Source: Eledone cirrhosa
Lineage: Eukaryota
NCBI GenBank assembly: GCA_964016885.1
Contig: OZ024741.1
Location: 178,126,001 to 178,190,000 of the forward strand
Length of the DNA stretch: 64,000 nucleotides
Direction of reading: 5' to 3'
Position 1 is the first letter of the stretch; each line of letters begins with the position of its first letter. A model generated the notes under the pieces. That model saw only the letters and a program-made list of their open reading frames with translations. It did not search any database and was not told the origin of the DNA. A program made the position numbers and the translations under genes. Of the stretch, positions 1 to 12,815 are shown one piece after another.

Positions 1-236
1 GTGATTTCCAGTTGGTTAGTTTTTTGGCCTGCCCCTTAAGAGTTTCAACTGTGATACTCAAATCAGTTTGTTGGTGTGCCTGTTCACTAATCTCCTTTTG
101 TCTCAATCCACACTGCCTGGTCATTATGTTTAACATCCTGCTCCCATATTCCTCTCCAGAATGTCTTAGTTTGTTCCGCCTCAGGGATCAAGTCGTTGCC
201 TCTTTCTTTCCCTTCAAGCTGTCCAAACAGCATCTT
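1..236 (-). mobile_element. R4/Dong-like non-LTR retrotransposon internal fragment (pre-RT region)
   Basis: Manual minus-strand translation KMLFGQLEGKERGNDLIPEAEQTKTFWRGIWEQDVKHNDQAVWI...KKLTNWKS matches the typical FW..IW / W.. / NWKSPG region before the RT of R4-clade elements; frameshifted. Confidence 0.65.
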
Positions 237-239
237 GTG

Positions 240-400
240 GTTGTTGTTATTATTATTATTATTATTGTTGTTATTTCTCTTTGAGTCTCAGTCATTGATG
301 TTAGTTAACTGGAAAGTGTGTTGAAATGAATATCAAGACACTACCTGCAGCCTCAGATATTCAGGACGTATCGGAGTGTTCTTGCTGTTCCCAGCAAGCA
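240..400 (-). mobile_element. 3' end of another R4/Dong-like element with (TAA)n tail
   Basis: Minus strand encodes LLGTARTLRYVLNI* (R4-type C-terminus), then a short 3' UTR, then an (AAT)n/(AAC)n tail at 240-273. Confidence 0.6.
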
Positions 401-2060
401 TTATTCCAGGTCGACTCACCTTCACCCTTGCTTTTCTGCATAGCATTAATACCCCTTACATCCGAACTTAATAGAACAGGGTACGGTTATATAAATGACA
501 ACAAAAAAATAAGCCACCTATTTTATATGGATGATTTGAAGCTATATTGCAAAGATAATTACGAACTTGAAGGCCTTTTGCCGACAGTAAAAACGTTTAG
601 CGATGACATCAGGGTGGAGTTTGGACTTGGCAACTGTACAAAAGCCACTTCCAAGAAGGGGAAGCTTGTCAACTCAGACTCAGTTGAATTGGATGCTGAA
701 ACAACCATAAAGGAACAAGCCTATAAATACTTAGGGATTAATGAGGGCTCTGGTATACAGCATGCAAGCATGAAAAAGAGGATAAGGAAAGAATGTTACA
801 GGAGAGTACGTGCAGTTCTGAGATTAGAACTAAACGCTCGTAACAAGGTGCTAGCCATAAATTCCTTGGCAGTCCCAATTGTCACTTATAGCTTTGGTGT
901 CTTGAACTGGAATATGAGTGAAATTAAAAGAATCGACACAAAAATCCGAAGCTACTGCCCTGTAATAGGATGCACCACCCAAAAGCAGATCTGGATCATT
1001 TTTACCTTCCTAGAACTCAAGGAGGTCGTGGCCTGATCCAATTTGAACTTGCTTACAAGACCACCATCATTGAACTTGCCAAATACATTGAAACAACTAA
1101 CGACTGTATGATGAAACTTGTTGAAAAGCATGAGAGAAGTAAGAAGCTTCATTCTATCTTGAAGGAAGGCAAGAAAAATGCTACTGATCTCATACTTTAT
1201 ACCCAGGATGGACAGACTAAAGAAGCTGATGCAACTGATGCTGCTAGTCACATAAAATCACTGGCAAAACCAAAAGGGTAAGAACAATTAGCATCAAATT
1301 GGGAGCAGAAACCTGTGCATGGCAAAATGTGGCCCCTAGCAAACAAGCTGATGTTGACCAAAGGCACATAAATCAGTGGCTACGTAGTTCAGGGCTAAAG
1401 GCGGAGAGTGAAGGCTTCATCTTAGCTGCCCAAGATCAAAGCTTATTGACTCGTAATTACCAGGCCAATGTGATGAGAAACGGAATAAATCAAAAGTGCC
1501 GATTCTGCAATGCTGAGGTTGAAACAGTGGAGTACTTAGTCTGTGGATGTAAAGTTTTAGTATCAGTAGAATACAAATATAGACATGACAGAGTTGGCCA
1601 ATATCTACACTGGGTAATATGTCGGCATTACAAAATCAAAGCTGAAGACAAGTGGTACAATCATCACCCTGAGGCTGTAACTGAAGAAGAAAAAGTAACA
1701 ATTCTCTGGGACTTTCCTGTACATACTGACAGGACCATAAAAGCAAAGAGAACTGACATCTTTGTAAAAGATCAACATAACAAGGTCTGTTTATTGATAG
1801 ATATGAGCATTCCATGTGATCACAATATCGCGGCAAAGGAATTTGACAAGCTACGAAAATATAAAGATCTGCTTATTGAAATTGAGAAAATGTGGCACCT
1901 CAAGGCCGTTACAATACCAGTGATTGTGGGAGGACTGGGAATGATGAAGAAAGGACCAGAACAATATTTGCGAATTCCTGGTTTATCCTCTCTGCACGAG
2001 GTGCAAAAAATTGTTTTTCCTTGTACTGCATCCGTATTGAGAAAAGCACTATCACTGTAA
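400..2060 (+). pseudogene. R4/Dong-clade retrotransposon RT + CCHC zinc knuckle + restriction-like endonuclease, frameshifted and 5'-truncated
   Basis: ORFs 326-1036, 970-1281 and 1299-2060 carry FQ(G)DS.SP, HLFYMDDLK, YKYLG, LYLPR..GGRGL, CRFC..E..EYLVCGC, RHD and RTDI...LIDMS..K..KY (PD-(D/E)xK-like). Confidence 0.88.
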
Positions 2061-2117
2061 GATTGATAACCATCATTGTATTTACATATGCATATGCACA
2101 TGTGTATATATGTATAA

Positions 2118-3350
2118 TGTTCTTTGTCCGCTTGGATAAGGAGCTGCATCCCAGATCTGGACCAGTTCTCCTGCTTTTCCTTCAATTATTTTCGTGTTGG
2201 ACTCTCGATGCCGGCGAGGATGGCAGCCATTAGCCAGGGAATTTCGATGGCCGGTGGAACGTAGGTCACCCTGATCTTCACGAGTCTCTGACCACAATAG
2301 CTTGTGAGCAGTGTGAAGTCGTCGCTTCTTGATGGGGCCATGTAGTGCTCTCTGGATTTCCTGTGGTGTTCTAAAGAACACGTCCACGGTTCCATATTTC
2401 TTCCCACGTCTGATGTGGGTTTTTTTTTGTCCACACATGTCCCAAAGCTTTCTGCATTTGGGACTCGGATGCCCGTTCCACTCGGCGTGATTTTGTGTTT
2501 ATCGTCCGATATGTCACGGTGGATAGGCGCCGATGCTCCACATTATTAGGTGTGTATGTGTGTATGGGCTAACCCTGCACCCATCTATTTTTACCATTCG
2601 CTTGGCTTCATTTAATTCATCCTGGCTTACCCCGATTGTTTCACTTTTCTTGGCAGCTTTTGCAAACGACACATTTTGTCTTGGGCTGGTGTTGATGTTG
2701 TTGTTTTTATTCTCATTGTTGTTGTTGTTGTTGTTATGTTTAGTTTCAGTCGTGGCGGATGTGGTGGTGGTGTCAATGGTGTGCGGCGTGGAAGAGTCGA
2801 TTTTGGGTAAATCCATTTCGATGTCATGAGATAATAATTTATTTTTTGGGGGTTCTGTGGTCGCTGTGGCGGTGGTGGTGGTGGTGGTGGTGGTAGTATC
2901 AGTGGTGTTGGTTGTTGTTTTTGACATTGTAGTGGCGGCGGTGGCGGCTTTAACACCTGCAGTTATTGCTTATGGCGGAAAATCCATGTCTTTATGAGGC
3001 AAATCTAAATAATTCAGACTGCTATTAATTATATTTTCAGTGTTGGCAACCGTGGCAAGGCTTACAATGGTGTTGGTGTTGGTGGTGGTGGAGGAGGGGG
3101 ATGTTGGTTTGTTAAAAACAGGAATTTTGTCGTCCATTGTTTTTTTTCAAAGAAATATTTTGTTTGATAAATAAAAGTTTAAGTTGTGGGCTCAAGGCCA
3201 CAATATTTTTTGTGTCCTTTTCAGAAAGCAATATATGTGAACTTATAAACACTTAACAACCAACATTTTCCATATCTCGCAATTTGAAACAACTGACAAC
3301 AACAAACCTTTGCGGAGCTCACGATAATACGATTTCCTACGTAGGTCGCC
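2118..3350 (-). mobile_element. Tx1/L1-like element A: 5' UTR + ORF1 only, 3'-truncated
   Basis: ORF1 pieces (SYCGQRLVKIRVTYVPPAIEIPWLMAAILAGIE; QENWSRSGMQLLIQ) are homologous to ORF1 of elements B and C; Thr/Asn-rich N-terminus; the 5' end abuts (AAT)n at 3351. Confidence 0.75.
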
Positions 3351-3552
3351 AATAATAATAATAATTGTTTCTACTTTAGGCACAAGGCCAGCAATTATCC
3401 AGTGCATTACTGGTACTTTATTTTATCGACCCCGTAAGGATGAAAGGCAAAGTCAACCTCGGCGGGATTTGAACTCAGATCGTAAAGGGACGTAACTATG
3501 CTGGAAAGCATGGCGTCCGACCAACCACCGATACTGCCAATCCACCGCCCTT
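3351..3552 (-). mobile_element. tRNA-derived SINE (family S1)
   Basis: Reverse complement of the copy at ~32120-32300; A box TGGCAGTATCGG, B box GAGTTCAAATCCC, core ttatcgaccccgtaaggatgaaaggcaaag, (TTA)n tail. Confidence 0.8.
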
Positions 3553-3840
3553 AATAATAATAATAATAATAATAATGATTTTTTTATTGGCCACAAGGGG
3601 TAACACGAAGAAAAACATTAGAGACGGCACAGAACAGTATGGGACGATACAAAGTGGGTTTTGGTCGTGTAAACAGATTATAAAAAAATTGGACTAGAAA
3701 TCCAAAAATTTCAAACAGCAAAAATTCCCCAAAAAGGAGGAAACCTCCGAGGGTCACTCGTGGCGAAAACCACACAAAAACGTCACGGCCACCCTGACCA
3801 CTATGGAAAGCGCCCTCTCACAGTTTTCCCACTCCTCAGT

Positions 3841-6800
3841 CTACAGGCGCATACTCAGAGCGGGCTCGTTCACTTCGACCAGACTCGCCACTTTCACCCA
3901 CCTTTCAACAAACTTACTAGAAGACAGCTGATCTTCCTCCATACTGATTTTCTTCTTGAAGTAAAACTTGACAAAGTTAATCAGGGATTGGCCGAAGAGG
4001 AAATTGTCCGTCTTCAACCTTTTAAACCTTGTCCACCACACAATTTCTTTCGCCATGTCCACCAGGCAGATGAAAACTGCCGGCTCATCCTCCTCTTTGA
4101 AGGTGGATGGCGGAGCTATCTGCACAATGGACTCAGTCGATAACCGGATCCGTCCTACACGTGAGAGCAGCTGTTCAACATAGATCCACAAATCAGCAAT
4201 TCTCGGGCACTGAACGAGTGCGTGCAGGACGGTTTCGTGGCACTCCCACGCATCTCGAACAGGCGCCGCTGACAGCACCTTCGTGCCTGTAGAGATTATC
4301 CCTAACCGGCAACGCTCCCCGGTAGCACTGGCAGGCCAGGGATTTCTGGAAGTTGTTCATAGGCCCCGGTCTGAAAGTTCTCTGCGACGCCCAGAGTTTC
4401 GCCGAGAACTTCGTCGCTCTTTCCCTCCACTAGCCCTCTATAGAACGCCGAGGTGGATGTTCCACCGATACTAGTGCCCAGCTCGTATAGGCCGGTGAGC
4501 ACTTGGAGACATTTCAGCTTCCAAGCGCTATCCCTCGGTCTTTTCCTGATCCAGGACTGCAGCTCCGTCAAGGAGACGAGCTGGGGAAAAGCGCGGCTGG
4601 CAAACGGTGACCACACCTTTTCACCGTCAAGGAAGCACCAGAGATGTCGCAGCCTCAGCGCACGTTTGCGCATCATCAGCCACGGCATGCCTAGTCCTCC
4701 ACGCAACGAGTGTTGACATCAAATGGATCTTCTGAACATGGGAGAACGTCCCCTCCACATAAAGCGGAAGAGGAGGCGCTCCATTTTGGTCAGAGTTGGG
4801 CGGGGCAAGGTACGACGTTCACGCGGTAGCAGTTGACGGACGTTATCTGCGCATTCGCCACCCAAACTTTCAGTCGACAGCCGACCTTTCAGAGATAGCC
4901 TCCTCTCGGCCCATATCTGGGTGAGAAAGGCCACCCTGCTCGTCACCTCGCTCCAGTTTTTCTCCATCTGGAGGTCCAGACCGAACCAGATCCCGAGCAA
5001 TTTAACCGGTCCTTCTGTCCAGCGCCCCGCGTACCGAGCGCATGATGCTGAAAGGCTACGACAGGTGACCATTCACCCTCACAATCGAGCAGATGTCACT
5101 GTGCATCGCAGCGAGCCAGCCCCTAAAAACGGGTCTGAAGCCGGCCGCCTCAAGGACCTCAGCCAGGTACCGATGGTCGACCCTATCAAATGCCTTAGAT
5201 TGATCCAAGTTGATCAGGGCGCCACCCGTGCTAGGTTCCTTAACCACCCTCTCTATGATGTATCGCATGAGATGGAGGTTGTCGTGGATGGATCTGTCCG
5301 GGGTTGCGCATGTCTGCGCCATCCCTTTGCAAACACCTTGGCCAACATCTTAAACTCTGCGTTTAGCAGAGTTATGGGGCTGAAGTTTTCTATAACGTCC
5401 ATCTTGTTCGGGTCTTTTCTCAGCAGCGCCAACGCTCCCCGGCTCACAAAACTTGGAATGCTCGCATTCTGCTGCCACTTGCAGTAGACATCTGCGAAGA
5501 GTTTGACGAACAAGTCTGGCATGTGCGCATAAAGCTCGTAGGGCAGACCACCAAACTTGCCAATTTACCCCTCGTGCCGTCAGACATCGCACCCCGTATT
5601 TCACCTGCTGTTATCGGATTTTTGCAGCATTGCGCTGCGGTCGTCGAGAGCCCCGACAGTCGGTCGAGGTATGCACCGAAATACATACTCCGACCCGTCC
5701 CACCGCCGCTCCCGAACAATTGAGCAAAGTGCTGTTGAAAATCCGCACACATCTGCTCTTGTTCGAGCAGCATGCGCCTGTTTTGATCAGGAAAAGACCG
5801 AATTATGGACTTGTTGCCACGTCTTGCCTTCACCACCCGGGCCCATTGAACGGCTTTCACCCCCTCGTGTCTCAGAGCACCCGCTCTAGCTCTGACAATG
5901 CAGCCTTCGTGCTTTGCTTTGAAGAATTGGTCGAGTGCCAATCTTGCTGCAAGCATGTCGGTTGCGATGCCTGTCCTAAACGCCTCTTCTAGTTTTCTAC
6001 CTCTACTCTATTTTCCTCTATCACTACTCCTTTGCTAAACCTTATCGATTCTAATCTAATAGCCCTTTCAGGGTAAACCACCATCTATTGTTGACGATCG
6101 TACCTGTCAACGCACGGTTACCTAATTCGGTAATCCGGTCTCTGTAATCTCTGTGGGCCGGGAACGACGCGTTCAACTTCCAGTAGCCGGGATCTTGCCT
6201 ATGGAGCCTAATTCAACAGATCACAAAGTTGTGTTCCGTGTAGTCGACTACTTTAAACTCTGGACAACCTACACTAGCCTTATCTGTTTCCCTACAGAAT
6301 TCCCTATATAAATACAATCTGGATGACCCGATATGATTTGTCCATGTCCACATTGGCACATTCGGATAATCCAGTCGATACCTATCAGACAGTTCAAAGC
6401 GTCTGAGCAGGTTGTTGAGGCTTTTACACCCTCCTGGCCTGTCTACTAGCCCCATATAATCCCAGCGTGCATCTAAGATACCGACAAGTCGCCCACTAAC
6501 ACTAAAGAGCGGAACGTTACAAGAAAGGTCTCTAGACGTCTGAAGAAATCTGGCCGTCCTACCCCTGTTGGGGCGTAGACAGCTACTAGCCTGAAATCAT
6601 TGCCTTCGCTGCCGGTCACGTCCTGCACAACCAACTTACCCTCTGGGTCCAGGAAGATGGCCCGTATGGCGAGACCCAAGCCTCTCCGAAAAAGCACTGC
6701 CACCCCTCCCCCCGATCCTCGACGGCTGGGAGATGCGTATACATCGTAGCCGCCGAAGATTGGTGTGAAGGCTCGTACTTCGGAAATGCTGGTCTCGCTG

Positions 6801-6914
6801 ATGGCCACCACATATATATATGTTTAATGACCTGAGATCGTTGAGCAGGTGACCCTGCTTCCAAGATGACCCCAGACCACGTATATTTCTACTGCCTATT
6901 CTAAGTACGGCCAT
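3841..6914 (-). pseudogene. ORF2 of element B: APE endonuclease - RT - C-terminal Cys/His domain
   Basis: NIRGL, SET, VYAP, GD, WTW, D(H) APE motifs; GYWKLN; PITLLN, DQSKAFDRVDH; GGLG; ETVLHALVQC. Many frameshifts; the QG/YADD segment is missing at ~5060. Confidence 0.88.
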
Positions 6915-6946
6915 GTTGGATGAGAAACGGAGCAAGTGAGAAAGGA

Positions 6947-8905
6947 TCACTGACCTTGATTGTGTGGTGAAAGGATAGAAGAACCCTCCCTTTGGCTGGT
7001 CGTTGGTGTTTCCAAGAGGATATCGGTGTATATCCACTTGGTAACCGACCCTCTGAAGTCTCCAACTGCTTTGGGGAATTTTTGTTTTAAAAGTTTGTAA
7101 TGTTCTATTTTGATTTCAATGATGCTTATATTTGTCGGGAGAGTTTTTGGTGTTGGTGGCGTGTAGTAGTGTTTTTCTGTGATGTCTGTGTGCTGCTTCA
7201 TATGTTGTAGGAGTTCTTTATTTGCCATGTTTATGACTGTACTTTTTGCGGGGAGGGGCGATTTTGTTGCTGTTTTCTTGTTGTTGCTGTTGGGTGTGTG
7301 TGTTTTGTTGTGTTTGCGATCGTGGTGTTTTTGGTGATTCTGGTGGTGGTGTGCTTGTTGTCGGTGGTGATGCTTATGGTGGTGTTGTTGCAACTCTCCT
7401 TGCAGCCTTTACCCCTCTTTGTCTGCCTTCGTTTTGGAGGGTGAAGCTAAGAGTTATTTTCTTTTTTGATTTTTGTGGCAGACCGTTTTCCACTTCCCTC
7501 CTGCTGCACACTTCATGTCAGACCCCGCGGCGTCCGGGAGGGGCATGAGCTCCACTGCTGTTGGTGGTGGTAGTGGAGCCCGCCCCGGAGATTTTACTGC
7601 CGGCGTAGCTACTGCGACTGTTGGTGTTGCCACCACTGCTGTCGCTGATTTAGTTGTCTGTGGCCTTGGTATGGGTGCCACGGACCTTGCCATCCTACTC
7701 ACCATGGAAGGGTCTTCTGCCTCTGTTGCCTTCCCTGGTCTTAGTAGCAGCGGATCAGGCGTCGGAAGGAGGGGGGGGGGGGGCTCTTCTTGGCTGACTT
7801 CTGCGGGAAGAATGCCCTGATGTGACCCTTCTGCCCAGAGAGATAGCACTTTGGGCGCCTTCCTTCCACGCTTATAGGGCATTGGAGCTCTTCTTCGCGG
7901 GCTATCATGTCTGGGATGACCTCGATGCACTACTGATCAGTCTGCATTAGCATTTGCATGCCTATTCCTGACCAGTTCTCTCTTCCCATTCTCTGTATTT
8001 GCAATATGGTGGTCTTCTCCTCGATTCCAGCCAGTACAGGCGCGGCCAGCCAAGGTATGGGCACGTCGGGAGGGACCTGGCTCACTTTGACCATCACAAT
8101 TTTCTGCCCGCAGTACGAGGGCACCAAGACTATCTCCTCACTCTTTAGGGTTTCCAAAGAGTGAGACTTCGCCTCTTGGGTGGTGGCGAAAGGTACGTCT
8201 ACTATGGCGTACTTTCTTGCCTCGGGTGATGTGGGTTTTCCACGCCCAGACGCACCCCAAAGCCTTTTGGGATTTGAGCTTCCCTGGCTCTCTCCACCCG
8301 ATTTGGCATTTTGCCTACGGTGCGGTAAGTCACCGTGCGCAATTGCTGTTCTTTGAAAAAATCGGGTGGAGGTTTCAGGGAAACTCTATTGTCGTTTCTC
8401 GACACCATGGCTCTTGCGACTGCCATCTCCTCCTCCGTGACTAGCACTGTCTCTATATTTTGGGCTACACCTGTGAAAGACCTGGCCCCTTTTTCAGCGG
8501 CCTCATTATTGCTGCCGCTATTGGTCTGTTGGTGCTGTTGCTGTTGCTACTGCTGTTGCTGTTATCACTGTTACCACGGTTGTGTTTTCGGTGCCACCGT
8601 TGTTGTTGTTTTCGGTGCAATTTGTATTGTTGCTGTTGGTATTGTCGTTGTTTATTTTCTTGTTAGCTGTGTTAATATCGTTGTTGCTTTTGTTGTCAAT
8701 TTTTTTCTGTTGTCTGCATTTTGGTTGACGCTGTTATTGTTGTAGTTGGTGTGGTAATTTGTTCAAAATTAGTGTTCTCTGTGTTGTCTTTGTTCATGTT
8801 GTTTGTCGTGGTGTCTGTGGTAACAATTTTTGTAACCCTCCTCTCAACTTTTACGCCGTTGTCAGACGACAGCAGACATATTGCTGTGGGGGGGGGCTCA
8901 GCCAT
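6947..8905 (-). pseudogene. ORF1 of element B (gag-like, degenerate zinc knuckle)
   Basis: Starts MAEPPPTAIC; low-complexity N-terminus; VEGRRPKCYLSGQKGHIRAFF is a decayed CCHC knuckle at ~7800-7870; homologous to ORF1 of element C. Confidence 0.7.
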
Positions 8906-9399
8906 GTTTTTTGTTTAAACAATTTTTTATTAAAGTAAAATTTTCAAATATTTGGGCCGAAAGGCCCAGATATTATACTTTCCCCTTCACAGGATAAAGT
9001 CTAAGGGCTTATATCCCTTACACAACAATAAATATTTAACAACAAATAATTTTAACAGGCAAATAAAGCGGCATACTGGGAGCGAGCAAAAAGCGTCCGA
9101 ACAGACCGATAATAATAATAATAATGATTTCATTTATTGGCCACAAGGGCCGACATATAGGGGACAATACAAAAGACTGGGACAGTGGGGTTTTACAGAA
9201 AAATCGAGTAAACAATATGAATAAACAAAGTAACAATAACAAAGTAACAATAAAGTAACAAGAAAATTACAACAAGAAAAAATCCCCAATAGGGGGGATG
9301 ACCACCTAGGGTTCGCTCAGATACCCCACCAGTCCTGAACGACCCGACGCTTCGAGAGCACCCTGGAAGGGCACCCCTCTCCTCTTCAAATTTACCTAC

Positions 9400-12300
9400 C
9401 TACAACTGCATGATCAGAGTAGGCCCACTCACACGGGCCATTCTCGCCACATTCACCCACCTTTCAGCAAATTTACTGGGGGGCAGCACTTCTCTCTCCA
9501 CCCTCACCTTCCTTTCCAAGTGAAACTTGAAAAGGTTGATGAGGGATTGGCCGAAGAGAAAAGTGTCTGTCTTCAGTCCTTTCAACCACGTCCACCATAT
9601 AACCTCTTTCGCTACTGCCACCAGACAGAGGAAATTTTCCTGCCCTTCCTGGCCAAAAGAGGGCGGCGGATCGATCTTCAATATGGACTCGGCCGATAGC
9701 CGGATCCGTTCTACACGCGACAACAGCTGTTCAACATAACTCCACAAGTAAGTAATGCACGGACACTGGACGAGTGCGTGCAGAACGGTTTCGCCGCTCT
9801 GCGCGCATCCCGGGCAGGTCCGTCTGACAGCACTTCCGTGCCTGTAGAGTGTATCTCGAACCGGCAGTGCCTCCGGTAGCACTGCCAAGGGAGGGATTTT
9901 TGGAAATTATACATCGTCCCCAGCTCGAAAGTCCTCTGGTACAGACTGGTTAGTTCGACTTCAGTTTGACTCCCAGAGCCTCTCCAGGTGCGTCGTCGCA
10001 CTTGCCCACCACTAATCCTCTATAGAACTCGAGAGTGGAAGTTCCACTGACCGCATTGCCCGCCTGGCAGAGAGCAGTGAGTGCCTGGCAACATTCCAGA
10101 TGCGAGTCACCCAGTCTCGGTTTCTTCTTGACACAGGACTGCAAGTCAGTCAAAGAAACGACCTGCGGAAAGGCCCGTCTGACAAATGTTCACCGTATAG
10201 GCAGAATATCTGGAGATGCCGCAGCCTCAGCGCGTGCCTGCGCATCATTAGCCACGGCATGCCCAGCCCTCCACGTAGAGGGTGCTGGCAGCAGATGGAC
10301 CGCCTCACCAGTGGAACCTGACCCCTAAACAAGAATTTGAAGAGGATCCGTTCCAAGATGGCGAGGCGCGAACGGGGGCAAGGGACGACAGTCAGACGGT
10401 AGTAGATGACGGACGCGATGTACGCGTTCGCCACCTCCACCCGACCTTTCAGTGATAGCTTCATCCCAGCCCATTTCTGGGTGAGACTGACTACCCTGCC
10501 CGTCACCTCGTCCCAATTCTTATCCACTTGGAGGTCTGGCCCGAACCAAACCCCTAGCAACTTTACCGGTCCGTCCGTCCAGCGCCTAACGACGCTGTTG
10601 GACGGCATGGACTTGCCTCTCCAGGTGCCGAGTTGCAAGCCTACTGACTTTTCCGGGCTAAGTTTGGCTCCCGTCAACCTTTCATATTCCTCCAATAAGT
10701 TGCCGACCACCTCGATTTCTGAGGTGTCCGACACCATCACGGTGATGTCGTCCGCATAAGCCAACACAGCCTTTCCGCGTCCTGGTTCGGGCGGGATGCC
10801 CTGCAGCAGCTCCAGCTTCCGCAGTAAAGGCTCGAGAGTCAGTACGTACAGAAGGGAGGAGAGAGGCACCCTTGACGGACCGATCGGGAGACCTGAAACG
10901 GTTCCGAGAGGTGGCCATTAATTTTGACCATCGAGCAGGTGCCGCTGTGCATTGCAGCGATCCAGCTTCTGAAGACGGGGCTGAAGCCATCCGCCTTGAG
11001 CACAGCCTCCAGGTACCGATGGTCGACCCTATCGAATGCTTTCGATTGATCTAAATTGATTAGAGCCCCACCAAAGCCAGGTTTATAGCCTACCCTCTCT
11101 ATGATGTATCGCATTAGGTGGAGGTTCTCGTGTATGGACCTGGTTGGGATTGCGCAAGTTTGCGCCTCCCCAACCAAATGCCCGACGACAAGCGCCAACC
11201 TCTTCGCTAACACCCTGGCCAAAATCTTAAACTGTGTGTTGAGCAGAGTTATGGGCCTGAAATTGTCTAATGTGTCCATCTTGTTCTCGTCTTTCCTTAT
11301 CAGCGTCACTACGCCCCAGCTCACAGAACTGGGAATACTCCCGTTTTGCTGCCAGTTGCAGTAGAGGACTTCGAGGAGATTGGAGAACAATTATGGCATA
11401 TTTACGTAAAGCTCGTAGGGCAGACCATCCAAACCGGGTGACTTGCGCTTCATGCAGCCTACAAGGGCATCCTGAATCTCGGCTGAAGTAATTGGCCTTT
11501 CGCAACGCCCAGCGTCAGCCGTCGAGAGTTGCAGCAAGCCATCGAGGTAGAGACTGAAGTCCGCCACCATCTCTGACCCGCCACCTCCTCCGAACAACCG
11601 AGCAAAATATTGGCGAAAGGCCTCACAAATCCTCTTGGAATCGCCCAGCTCGTGCCCGTCTCGGTCCGTCAAAGACCGAATCGTGGTTTTATTACCACGC
11701 TGCGCCTCTGCCACGCAGACCCATCGAACAGCTTTGGTTCCCTCGTTTCTCAGAGCACGCGCCTTAGCTCTGACAATGCAACCTTCGTGTTTCGCATTGA
11801 AGAAATGGTCTAATGCCATTCTCGCCGCTAGCACATCAGTTGCAATGCCACTACCAATAGCCGCGTCTAACTTATCTACCAACTCCCCCTCCTTTCTATT
11901 TTTCTCTAATGCTACTTCTTTGCTAAACTCTATCGACATTACTCTAATCTCTCTTTTGAGAGCCCCCCACCACCTACTGTTGACGACTCCCCCTGTGAAC
12001 TTTTTCTTAACTAAATTGTTGACCTGGTTCCTGTAAGCCTTACGTGCCGGAAATGACATGTTTAGCTTCCAGTAACCAGGTCCTAACCTACGCGTCTTAT
12101 CTAGGTCGACCATACAGATCACAAACTTGTGATCTGAATAGGCGACCGTTTCAAAACGTGGACAGCTTACACTATTTCTCTCTATTTTCTTAATGAATAT
12201 CCTGTCTATATACGATCTAGATGACCCCATGCGGTTAGCCCAGGTCCACACTGGCGCATTAGGGAAATCTAGTCGGTACCTGTCAGACAGTTGGAACTGG

Positions 12301-12733
12301 CTGATTAGGTTCTTGAGGCTTTTGCACCCCCCGCTCCTATCGGATACTCCCACACAGTACCAGCGTACGTCTAAGATACTGTTCCAGTCCCCGCTAACAG
12401 TAAAGGGCGAGACGTACCCAAAAAGGCTTCCGGGCGTCTAAAGAAGCCCGGCCGTCCTGCCCCAGTAGGAGCATAGACGGCCACCAGTCTAAAGGCACCA
12501 CCTTCATTATTGTTCACGTCCAGGACCACCAACTTCCCGTCTGGCCGGCTAACAGACGCAAAGATCTGATAGTCGTCGAAAATGGGGGCTAGTGCGCGCG
12601 TGTCGGAAATCCTGGTCTCGCTGACTGCAATTACATCCATTTCTATAGACCTGAGGTCCTTGAGCAGTTGACCCTGCTTCCAGGACGATCCCAGGCCTCG
12701 AACATTTAAACATTCTACTCTTAATACGGCCAT
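9400..12733 (-). pseudogene. ORF2 of element C: APE - RT - C-terminal Cys/His domain
   Basis: MAVLRVECLNVRGL, SET, YAP, SYIDRIF, SDH, PGYWKLN, KSPGLDGLPYE, NFRPITLLN, DQSKAFDRVDH, VRQGC, AYADD, GGLG, CPGC..ETVLHALVQC; frameshifted. Confidence 0.92.
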
Positions 12734-12815
12734 GTTGGCAGGTTAAACAGAGAGAGAGGAAAGGTTTACTTACCTTCCGAGCTCTTGTGAAGGTCGGGTT
12801 GTTCGACCTCCATAG

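Larger units (their letters stand above)
3577..9108 (-). mobile_element. Tx1/L1-like element B, full extent but decayed, with internal RT deletion
   Basis: 5' end next to (AAT)n at 9109; ORF1 from 8905; ORF2 from ATG 6914 to 3841; 3' end cttgtggccAATAAA followed by an (ATT)n tail. Confidence 0.88.
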
